Below are positions 8,073 through 15,744 of a DNA stretch of 18,436 nt, in pieces. The DNA lies in assembly GCA_046726415.1 (NCBI GenBank), contig JBKPAK010000216.1, positions 1 through 18,436 of the forward strand. The letters run 5' to 3'. The DNA is from Candidatus Methylomirabilota bacterium. GTDB lineage: Bacteria > Methylomirabilota > Methylomirabilia > Rokubacteriales > CSP1-6. Both the position numbers and the translations under genes were made by a program. Every line of letters begins with the position of its first letter. Position 1 is the stretch's first letter. Under the pieces are notes generated by a model. It had not been told where the DNA came from, searched no databases, and worked only from the letters and a program-made list of their open reading frames with translations.

Positions 8073-8825
8073 CTACTGCGCAGTCCAGCCGCCGTCGATG
8101 ACCAGCTCGCTGCCGGTCACGAAGGAGGCCTCGTCGGAGGCGAGATAGAGGACCCCGAGCGCGACCTCCACCGGCCGGCCGTAGCGGCCGAGGGGGATGC
8201 GCGAGACCATCAGGCGGTTCTGCTCGGGGTCCGCCCGCCGTCTCTCCGTCATCGCCGTCACGATGGGACCGGGATGGACGGAGTTGGCGCGGATGCCCTC
8301 CTTGGCGTACTGGATGGCCGTCGCCTTGGTGAGCAGACGCACCGCGCCCTTGGAGGCCTGGTACTGCGGACTCGAGTTATCGGTACCGACCAGGCCGAGC
8401 TGGGAGGAGATGTTGATGATGGAGCCGCCCCCGGCCCGCCGCATGGCCGGAATGACTGCTCGCGTCCCCAAGAAGACGCCGGTGGCATTGACGGCCATCG
8501 TGCGATTCCATTGCTCGAGGGTCGTGTCCTCGATGCGGTGCCCTCCGCCGATGCCCGCATTGTTGATGAGCACGTCGAGCCGGCCATAGAGGCGCTCGGC
8601 CGCCGCCACCGCGGCAGTCCAGTCGACCTCGCTCGTGACGTCGAGGCGGACGAACGTTGCTTCGCCCCCGGCCGCGCGGATCTGCTCCTCCACTGCCTTG
8701 CCCTCGGCCTCGAGCACGTCGCCGACGACGACCTTGGCCCCTTCCTTGGCGAACAGACCTGCCTCCTCGGCGCCCATTCCCCGCGCACCTCCGCTGATCA
8801 GCGCGACCTTGCCGGCGAGCCTCAT
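8073..8825 (-). CDS. Classical short-chain dehydrogenase/reductase (3alpha,20beta-HSD/cyclopentanol dehydrogenase-like)
   Basis: SGGARGMG Rossmann motif, an Asp after beta2 (VGDV, suggesting NAD preference), NNAG, NISS, catalytic YQASK and IDGG. Strong SD GGAGGAG. Confidence 0.93.
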   Translation of the reverse strand: MRLAGKVALISGGARGMGAEEAGLFAKEGAKVVVGDVLEAEGKAVEEQIRAAGGEATFVRLDVTSEVDWTAAVAAAERLYGRLDVLINNAGIGGGHRIEDTTLEQWNRTMAVNATGVFLGTRAVIPAMRRAGGGSIINISSQLGLVGTDNSSPQYQASKGAVRLLTKATAIQYAKEGIRANSVHPGPIVTAMTERRRADPEQNRLMVSRIPLGRYGRPVEVALGVLYLASDEASFVTGSELVIDGGWTAQ

Positions 8826-8842
8826 ACACTCCTCCGTGGTAG

Positions 8843-8950
8843 ATGGGGGCCCCGCAACGGTCCCCTCGATGCCTCCAGCGCTCGTCGGCCCCTCGAGGCG
8901 CGCCCTCGAATCGCCGACGAGCTCCCTGGCGGGATGCGGAAAACCCCCGC
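8843..8950. repeat. GC-rich palindromic intergenic element (REP-like), copy B
   Basis: Perfect 10-bp stem GCTCGTCGGC (8880-8889)/GCCGACGAGC (8913-8922), inner TCGAGG/CCTCGA, outer CCAG/CTGG, and flanking GGGG..CCCC and GCGGG..CCCGC hairpins. Confidence 0.55.
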
Positions 8951-8961
8951 AGGGCTGGCGA

Positions 8962-11001
8962 TCACATGGTCCTCCGAGTCAGCACAAGCTCTCCCCACCG
9001 TCCTACCGCGGCGGTCCACCCGGGCGGGATGACCGTCGTCGCTCCCATCTCCTCGACGATCGCCGGGCCGTGAAATGGCGCGCCCCCGGGGAGCCGCTCG
9101 CGCGGGTACACCGGGGTGGGCAGCGGGTCGCCGCCAAACACGACCGGGCGCTCGGTGCGGCGCGCCTCCGCCAGCGCGCTGGCGACCTCCCACCGAGGCA
9201 GCGCCGGCTTGACGACCGCGCCCACGGCGGTGAGCCGAAAGTTCACGATCTCGGCCGGGCCATCGGTGGCGTGGCCGTACCGGCGTCGGTGCGCCTGCTG
9301 AAATGCGACCTCCAGCGCGGCCATGGACTCGGCGCCGTCGGCCATCCGAACGAGCAGTTCCCACGACTGCCCGACGTAGCGCATGCCGAGCGCCCGCGAG
9401 AGCGCGATGCGCTCGGGCGGGATATCGGCCGTAGCGAGATCGCGCTGGGCGTCCTCCGCCAGCCCGGCGAAAATCTGCTCGATCTCCGCGAACGTCGCGC
9501 GCCGCGTGGGTGTCAGGCGCGTGCGGACGTAGTCGCGGCGGAGATCGGAGATCAGGGCTCCGAAGGCCGAGAAGTTGCCCGGTGCCTGCGCGACGATGAC
9601 GCGGGGCATGTCCAGCTCCTCGGCGACGAACGCCGCGTGCATCGGCCCGGCCCCTCCGTAGGCCAACAGCGCGAAGTCGCGGGGATCGTGTCCCTTGGCG
9701 ATGGAGATCTCCTTGATGGCGCTCACCATGCGCGCCACCGCGATGCGAACGACTCCCTCGGCCAAGGCCGCCGGGTTCGACAGCCCCGGTACCTGCCCCA
9801 GAAGGGTGCCGATCGCGCGCCGGGCGAGCGCCTCATCGAGCTTGACCTCACCGGCCAGCGGGACGTCCGCCGCGACGCGACGCAAGACCACGTTGGCGTC
9901 GGTGATCGTGGGCTCTGTGCCCCCGCGCGCGTAACAGGCGGGACCAGGATCGGCTCCCGCGCTTCGCGGCCCGACCCTGAGCGCTCCCCCCGCGTCGAGC
10001 CAGGCGATGCTGCCACCGCCGGCGCCGATCGAGTTGATCTCGATCTGCGGCGTCCGGTTCGGGAGACCGGCGATGTGCTGCTCGGTGGTCAGAGCCGGCT
10101 CGAGATCCTCGATAAGGCATGCGTCGGTGCTGGTGCCACCCATATCATAGGTGATGAGGTTCGGGCATCCGATCAGCCGACCCAGGGTGACCGCCGCGGC
10201 CACCCCACCCGCCGGGCCCGAGAGCACGGTGTGGACGGGTAAGCGCGCGGCGACATCCGACGTCATGATCCCGCCGCTCGACGTCGTGATGTACAACCGG
10301 CCGGCGTAGCCGCGCGTGGAGAGCTTCCGACCGAGATTCGCCAGGTACCCGCCAACCTTTGGGCCGATGTAAGCGTTCAGCGCCGCCGTGCTGAACCGCT
10401 CGTACTCCCGCAGCTCGGGCAGGACCTCGGCGGACGTGCAGACGAACCAGCCGTGCAGCATCTCACCCGCCATCCGGGCCGCGGCCCCTTCATGAGCGGG
10501 GTTTGTGTAGCTGTGGAGGAAGCCGATCACCAGGGCCGCCGGTCCCTCGTCCTCAGCGAGGCGGCGGATGCGATCCAGCGCCTCGCGCAGATCGTCATCG
10601 CGCAGCGGGCGCCGCACCGTCCCATCCGCGAAAAGGCGCTCATCGACTTCCACGACGCGCTGGCGCGGCACCAACGGCGCCGGCTTGCGGGCCCGGATGT
10701 CGTAGAGCACAGTGCGGTTGGTTCGAGCGATTTCGAGCGTGTCGCGAAAACCCCGCGTGGTCAGCATCCACAGTGAAGAGCCCGTGCGCTCGAGGACGGC
10801 GTTGGTACCGATGGTGGTGCCGTGAACGATGCGGCGGGTGGACGGGAGGTCGACCTCCAGCCGATCCAGCGCGTGCAGGAGCCCCGCGGTGGGATCGGCC
10901 GGATTGGTGGGTGACTTTCCGAACGTGAGGGCTCCCGTGGACTCGTCGTAGACGACGACGTCGGTGAACGTCCCGCCGACATCGACGCCCACCCACGGCA
11001 T
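8962..11001 (-). CDS. Hydantoinase A/oxoprolinase family ATP-binding subunit
   Basis: VGVDVGGTFTD, HGTTIGTNA, REYERFST, SGPAGG, DMGGTSTD, IGAGGGSIA, SAGADPGPACY, GGAGPMHA and GPAIVEE. Confidence 0.94.
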   Translation of the reverse strand: MPWVGVDVGGTFTDVVVYDESTGALTFGKSPTNPADPTAGLLHALDRLEVDLPSTRRIVHGTTIGTNAVLERTGSSLWMLTTRGFRDTLEIARTNRTVLYDIRARKPAPLVPRQRVVEVDERLFADGTVRRPLRDDDLREALDRIRRLAEDEGPAALVIGFLHSYTNPAHEGAAARMAGEMLHGWFVCTSAEVLPELREYERFSTAALNAYIGPKVGGYLANLGRKLSTRGYAGRLYITTSSGGIMTSDVAARLPVHTVLSGPAGGVAAAVTLGRLIGCPNLITYDMGGTSTDACLIEDLEPALTTEQHIAGLPNRTPQIEINSIGAGGGSIAWLDAGGALRVGPRSAGADPGPACYARGGTEPTITDANVVLRRVAADVPLAGEVKLDEALARRAIGTLLGQVPGLSNPAALAEGVVRIAVARMVSAIKEISIAKGHDPRDFALLAYGGAGPMHAAFVAEELDMPRVIVAQAPGNFSAFGALISDLRRDYVRTRLTPTRRATFAEIEQIFAGLAEDAQRDLATADIPPERIALSRALGMRYVGQSWELLVRMADGAESMAALEVAFQQAHRRRYGHATDGPAEIVNFRLTAVGAVVKPALPRWEVASALAEARRTERPVVFGGDPLPTPVYPRERLPGGAPFHGPAIVEEMGATTVIPPGWTAAVGRWGELVLTRRTM

Positions 11002-11016
11002 TAGAGCCTTGACTCG

Positions 11017-11382
11017 TCAGGCGAGGGTGCCGCGGCGAACGACGGTCCGCCGGAGGGTGCCTTCGCCGATCCTCTCGCGCGCGTTGTAAGCCTCCACCCT
11101 GAAGAAGAGGTGGCGGTCCTGGACATCCACCAGCTCCGCGGCCACCGTGAACCACTCGCCCACCGGCGTCGGCCGGCGATGGCGGATACAGATCTCGTAG
11201 CCGACCGTGGTGTGGTCGGCCGGCAGGAGAGGCTGCGCCACCTCCTGTGCCGTGACCTCCATTTCCATGATCATCGACGGCGCCGTCAAGATGCGACCGC
11301 CGGCGTGAGTCGTGGTCATGGACTCCGTCACTTCGATTCGACGCTCCCCCTTGAGGCCGGGCGCGAGGCCGGGAAAGGTCAT
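11017..11382 (-). CDS. Hotdog-fold thioesterase, fluoroacetyl-CoA thioesterase (FlK)-like
   Basis: 121 aa with LTAPSMIMEME, TVGYEICIRHRRPTPVG, FRVEA and IGEG, matching the FlK pattern. It ends 15 bp before the hydantoinase A start. Confidence 0.85.
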   Translation of the reverse strand: MTFPGLAPGLKGERRIEVTESMTTTHAGGRILTAPSMIMEMEVTAQEVAQPLLPADHTTVGYEICIRHRRPTPVGEWFTVAAELVDVQDRHLFFRVEAYNARERIGEGTLRRTVVRRGTLA

Positions 11383-11528
11383 GGCGTCCTACCGGTCTCT
11401 GCGGATCAGCGACGTACACGCGACGCCGTCGCCCCGGCCGTTCATCTACCGCATCTCTCCCGGACTGGGATCGCTCCTGTCATATCTCCCGCCCTCGTGG
11501 CTGATGCTCCCCGCGGCCGTCGTCGCTG

Positions 11529-11537
11529 ATGGTAGCA
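11529..11537 (-). promoter_or_regulatory. Putative extended -10 promoter of the thioesterase-hydantoinase operon
   Basis: The minus strand reads TG-C-TACCAT about 150 nt upstream of the thioesterase ATG. No clear -35 is visible. Confidence 0.35.
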
Positions 11538-11610
11538 CCGTCGCGCGGGCCCGGTGAGACGCCCGGCCGTCCGCGGCGGCGCCACGGCGGCCGCGCGAAT
11601 CTCGGAGGCC

Positions 11611-12720
11611 TCACCGCGGTGCCGTGGCCGAGACCAGACGCCGGTAGAATGCCTCGGTCCGCTCCACCTTCACGCGGGTGGAGAACTGCGCGAGCACCAG
11701 TTGGCGTCCCGCCCGGCCCATGGCCCGGCCGCGCTCGGGATCCGCGCAGAGGCGGACGATCGCGTCGGCGAGCGCGCCGATATCCCGGGGTGGGAACAGC
11801 AGGCCGGTGATGCCGTCGCGCACCAGCTCCGGATTGCCGGCGATGTCACTGGCCACCACGGGGGTCTCGACGGCCAGCGCTTCGCGCAGAGCGCCGGTGA
11901 GCCCAACGCCAGCCCACGAGGCGTCGACGCAGCAATCGCTGGCGCGCAGGATCTCGGGGATGTCTTCGCGGTACCCGAGCACCTGCACAGCCTCCCGGAC
12001 CCCGTGGGCCTGGGCCCGCTCGTAGATTGCCCGAGGATTGCGCGCCCCCACGACGAGCAGCCGCGCGAGGGGGGCGTGCGCCGTCACCCGAGCCATCGCC
12101 TCGATGACGTCGTTGTTACCTCTCCAGCTTCGGACACCGAGCTGCGTGATCACATAGTGATTGGAGGTCAGCGCCAGCTCTTCGCGAACGGCACGGCCAT
12201 CCACCCCTGGGTGGAATCGGTCGGTGTCCGTCCCGGAGTAGATCACCTCGATCTTCTCGGCGGGAATCCCGGCGGCGACGAGGCCGCGCTTGATCGACTC
12301 GCACACCGCGACGATCGCGGTCACGCGCTTGGTGGTGTAGCCGAGCCGATTGAGGTGACCCAGCGGGAAGCTGACTCCGCGGTTCAGGATCATGACCGGA
12401 ATCGGCACGAGGAGCCCGGCCATCATGGCCAGGGTGCGCCCCCGGCCCTTGTGGGCATGGACGACCTGGATGCGGTGCTGGCGGAGGATGCGCGCGATGT
12501 GCCGCGCCGAGCGCACATCCACCTGCGACGCCATGGGGACCGCGTAGTGGGTGAGGCCAAGCTGGCCCGCCTTCTCCGTCCAGATCGAGCTTGGGCGAGT
12601 CGCCACCACGACGTCGTGACCGCGCTGCTGGAGCCCCTGCGCCAGATCGCGGAGCTGAATGGCCGCGCCCGTGAAGTAGTCGTGCTTCGGATAGAGCTGA
12701 AGGATCCGGAGAGGATTCAC
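11611..12720 (-). CDS. Glycosyltransferase family 4 (GT-B)
   Basis: LRILQL, LAQGLQQRGHDV, VVHAH, KIEVIYSGTD, LGYREDIPEIL and PVVASDIAGNPELVRDGITGLL. The start is uncertain: GTG at 12720 is preferred, TTG at 12768 is possible. Confidence 0.88.
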   Translation of the reverse strand: MNPLRILQLYPKHDYFTGAAIQLRDLAQGLQQRGHDVVVATRPSSIWTEKAGQLGLTHYAVPMASQVDVRSARHIARILRQHRIQVVHAHKGRGRTLAMMAGLLVPIPVMILNRGVSFPLGHLNRLGYTTKRVTAIVAVCESIKRGLVAAGIPAEKIEVIYSGTDTDRFHPGVDGRAVREELALTSNHYVITQLGVRSWRGNNDVIEAMARVTAHAPLARLLVVGARNPRAIYERAQAHGVREAVQVLGYREDIPEILRASDCCVDASWAGVGLTGALREALAVETPVVASDIAGNPELVRDGITGLLFPPRDIGALADAIVRLCADPERGRAMGRAGRQLVLAQFSTRVKVERTEAFYRRLVSATAPR

Positions 12721-12818
12721 CGGCCGCCGCAGAGAACGCCCACCGGCGTCACCCGCCCTTTCTAGCAAGCCGAGGGGGGATTTTCAATCGAGCGAAGGGT
12801 TTGGCATCATCTCGTTCC

Positions 12819-14639
12819 ATGTGTGGTATCGCGGGCATCGTCCTCCGGGAGGGCCGGGCCCCCGAGGACGCGTTGCGCCGCATGGCGTCCGCGCTGGCCC
12901 ACCGGGGCCCCGACGACGTGGGCATCCATGTGGCGGGACCGGTCGGGCTCGCCCAGACGCGGCTCTCGATCATCGACCTCGACCGTGGCCACCAACCGAT
13001 GGTCAATGACGGGCTGGCGCTGGCGGCCAATGGGGAGATCTACAACTTCGTCGAGCTGCGTCCTCGGCTGGAGGCGCGCGGGCGCCGCTTCGCCACCAAC
13101 TCGGACAGCGAGAGCATCCTGCACCAGTACGCGCTCGATGGGCTCGAGGCTCTCGCATCGCTGCACGGGATGTTTGCCTTCGCGCTCTACGACACCCGCC
13201 GTCGCGAGCTGATCCTCGCGCGCGACCGGCTCGGCATCAAGCCACTTTACTATGCGCGCCTCCCGGACCGGCTGCTCTTCGCCTCGGAGGTGAAGGCGCT
13301 CTTGGCCGTGTGGCCGGGCGAGCCTGAGCTGGATCCCGGAGCCTTGGCGCAGTCGCTGCAGAATCAGTTCAACAGCGGCGAGATCAGTCTGATTCGCGAC
13401 ATCCATCGCCTGCCGCCGGGTGCGGCGGTGGTGGTCGACGCCGAACTGAAGCTGCGCGAGGAGCGCTACTGGTCGCTGCTCGGCGCGCGGTCCCGCCCGG
13501 TCGATTTCGAGCAGGCCGCCGAGGAGTTCGAGCCGCTGTTCCGACAGGTCATGGTCGAGCACTTGCGGTCCGACGTGCCGTACGGGCTTTTCCTGTCGAG
13601 CGGCGTCGATTCCAGCGTGCTCCTGGCGATGATCAGCGAGCTGACCGGGCGACCGGTGCGGACATTCTCGGTCGGATACGCGGGTTCGGCCGGGGACGCC
13701 GGCCCCGCGACGGGCGAGCTACCCGCGGCCGCGGCCATGGCGCGCCGCTTCGGCGCCGAGCATACCGAGATCGTGCTCGACGGCGACGCGCTGCTCCGGC
13801 GCCTTCCCCACACCGTCTGGAGCACCGACGACTTGCTCTTCGACTACGCGTGTCTGCCGACATCGTTTCTGGCCGAGCACGCGGCGCGGGGCTTGAAGGT
13901 CGCGCTCACCGGTGAAGGGGGCGATGAGGTCTTCGCCGGGTACAGCCGCTATCGACGGGCGCGGCTGCAGCGCTGGGCGCAGAACCTCGTGGCGCCCGGC
14001 TCGGGTGGCTTCCGCACCCGAGGGCGCTGGCGCCCCGGCTGGGTGCGGCAGGTGTTCGGCCAGGAACTGCACGCGGCGTCCGCCGCGTGGCGCGCGCCGT
14101 TCATCACCGCCTGGCAGGCGACGCCTCGTCCCTGGACCGACACCGCGCGCCGTCAGTACACCGATGTGGTCACATACTTGACGGACGACTTGCTCGTCAA
14201 GGCCGACCGCGTGCTGATGGGCTTCGGCCTAGAGGGGCGCGTGCCGTTCCTCGACCACCGAGTGGTCGAGTTCGCCTTTGGCCTGCCCGATGAACTCAAA
14301 GTTCGGCACCGCCAGGGCAAGGTGTTTCTCAAGCGCTGGGCTGAGCGACGGCTGCCCTCCGAGCGCCTGTGGCAACGCAAGCGGGGTTTCTATGTGCCGG
14401 TCCGCCGCTGGCTACAGGGCGCGTTCCTCGACGACCTGGCCGTCCGCCTGCCCGATCACCCTGCCATCCGGCGCTGGTTCCGGCCCGAGGGGGTGATCGC
14501 CATGATGCGCGCCCACCAGAGGGGCGCCGATGCCACGCGCGAGATCTGGGAGCTGATGCAGCTGGCGATCTGGCACCGGATCTTCATCGATGGCCAGGTG
14601 CCGAGCCGTGACGAGGACCCGCTGGAGTGGATCGCATAA
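12819..14639 (+). CDS. asnB: Asparagine synthase (glutamine-hydrolysing)-type amidotransferase
   Basis: Ntn N-terminus MCGIAG, HRGPD, RLSIID, NGEIYN, SDSE, RDRLGIKPLYY, PP-loop LSSGVDSS, TGEGGDEVFAGY and EGRVPFLD. Confidence 0.93.
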   Translation: MCGIAGIVLREGRAPEDALRRMASALAHRGPDDVGIHVAGPVGLAQTRLSIIDLDRGHQPMVNDGLALAANGEIYNFVELRPRLEARGRRFATNSDSESILHQYALDGLEALASLHGMFAFALYDTRRRELILARDRLGIKPLYYARLPDRLLFASEVKALLAVWPGEPELDPGALAQSLQNQFNSGEISLIRDIHRLPPGAAVVVDAELKLREERYWSLLGARSRPVDFEQAAEEFEPLFRQVMVEHLRSDVPYGLFLSSGVDSSVLLAMISELTGRPVRTFSVGYAGSAGDAGPATGELPAAAAMARRFGAEHTEIVLDGDALLRRLPHTVWSTDDLLFDYACLPTSFLAEHAARGLKVALTGEGGDEVFAGYSRYRRARLQRWAQNLVAPGSGGFRTRGRWRPGWVRQVFGQELHAASAAWRAPFITAWQATPRPWTDTARRQYTDVVTYLTDDLLVKADRVLMGFGLEGRVPFLDHRVVEFAFGLPDELKVRHRQGKVFLKRWAERRLPSERLWQRKRGFYVPVRRWLQGAFLDDLAVRLPDHPAIRRWFRPEGVIAMMRAHQRGADATREIWELMQLAIWHRIFIDGQVPSRDEDPLEWIA

Positions 14640-14641
14640 AC

Positions 14642-14670
14642 GACGGCGCGAGCGCGGATCGCGCGGCGTC
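14642..14670. terminator. Possible hairpin terminator between the convergent asnB and NTF2 genes
   Basis: Imperfect stem GACG-GCGCGA...TCGCGC-GG-CGTC. Only a short GTTTAT tail follows on the minus strand. Confidence 0.3.
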
Positions 14671-14699
14671 AAAACATTCCGCTGGCAAGGATGACCCTG

Positions 14700-15125
14700 C
14701 TACGCGGGTTTCTGCGTGTCGAACAGGTGATCGGCGTGGCGATGGAGCAGTTTCCAGGCGCCGTGCTCCCAGCGGAACACCATGGTCACCCGGAAGTCGA
14801 GACGCAGGGGGGTCTCCCGGCCGGTGATGCGCGCCTCACCGCGCTCGAACTGCACGACGTGCGCGAGCTCGCTACCGGCGGACGAGCCGAGGATCTCGTA
14901 GGCGCACTGTCCCCCCGCGAACGACTGGGCAACCCATTCCAACCTGGGCCCGATCTCCGCCCATCCGAGCTCGTGGCCTCCGAAGCCGCCGAACAGAGTG
15001 GCATCCTCGCGGTGAGAGAAACAGTCGCGGAGGGGACCGCCTTGCCCCTCGATCAGCTCGTCATTGGCCTGGTTCGCCTCGGCCAGCGCTTCGGCCAAGC
15101 GGTCCTGTGGCGTTCGCGTGTCCAT
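14700..15125 (-). CDS. Nuclear transport factor 2 family (SnoaL/DUF4440-like) protein
   Basis: AGGGGAA SD. 141 aa with FSHREDATLFGGFGG, GWAEI, LAHVVQFE and RVTMVFRWEHGAWKLLHRHAD. Confidence 0.85.
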   Translation of the reverse strand: MDTRTPQDRLAEALAEANQANDELIEGQGGPLRDCFSHREDATLFGGFGGHELGWAEIGPRLEWVAQSFAGGQCAYEILGSSAGSELAHVVQFERGEARITGRETPLRLDFRVTMVFRWEHGAWKLLHRHADHLFDTQKPA

Positions 15126-15138
15126 TATGGTTCCCCTG

Positions 15139-15744
15139 TTAGGGCTCGCCCTCCGCCAGGACGAGCTGTCCTCTTATGATTAGGGCGAGTGTCTCCACCA
15201 GGAGGCGATGCTCGTGTTCCAGGACGCGCTGGGCGAGCGTGGCCACCGTGTCCTCCGCGGCGACCGGAACCCGACACTGAGCGATGATCGCGCCGTGATC
15301 GTACTGCTCGTCCACCATATGGATGGTCACGCCGGTTTCCCTCTCGCCAGCAGCGAGGACGGCCTCATGAACGCGCTCCCCGTACATCCCTTGTCCGCCG
15401 TACTTCGGGAGGAGGGCCGGATGCACATTGATGATGCGGCGGGTGTAGTGCGACAGCGTCTGCGGCCCCAGCTTTCGCGTGTAGCCGGCCAGAACGACCA
15501 GCTCCGTCTGGTGATTCTGCAACGCCTGAAGGATCGCCAGGTCCAGGTGCTCGGATTCCGGATGAGTCTGGCGACTCAAGTGGTAGTGGGGGATGCCGTG
15601 CCGCTCGGCTCGAACGAGCGCCTCCGAGTCGCGGTTGTTGCTGATCAGCACACACGGTCGGGCGCGAAGGCGGCCGGTCTGACAGGCATCGATGACACTT
15701 TGAAAGTTGGAGCCGCGGTGAGAGGCGAGAAATCCGAGGTTCAT
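15139..15744 (-). CDS. purN: Phosphoribosylglycinamide formyltransferase (formyl-THF dependent)
   Basis: ASHRGSNFQ phosphate loop, VVLAGY, catalytic INVHPALLP, ETGVTIHMVDEQYDHG and VLEHEH. Its ATG overlaps the upstream TGA (ATGA). Confidence 0.88.
   Translation of the reverse strand: MNLGFLASHRGSNFQSVIDACQTGRLRARPCVLISNNRDSEALVRAERHGIPHYHLSRQTHPESEHLDLAILQALQNHQTELVVLAGYTRKLGPQTLSHYTRRIINVHPALLPKYGGQGMYGERVHEAVLAAGERETGVTIHMVDEQYDHGAIIAQCRVPVAAEDTVATLAQRVLEHEHRLLVETLALIIRGQLVLAEGEP

Noticed and set aside
8930..8950. IS terminal inverted repeat (GGATGCGGAAAA)
   Set aside because: No partner repeat, target duplication or transposase is visible in the window.
6924..10242. Long plus-strand ORFs 6924-9032 (702 aa) and 8635-10242 (535 aa)
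   Set aside because: They are antisense shadows of well-supported hydantoinase and SDR genes, carry no recognisable motifs, and are expected in GC-rich DNA.
12819..14639. Lasso peptide cyclase or RiPP cluster
   Set aside because: The protein keeps the N-terminal Cys and a complete glutaminase domain, and no leader peptidase, RRE or precursor lies nearby.
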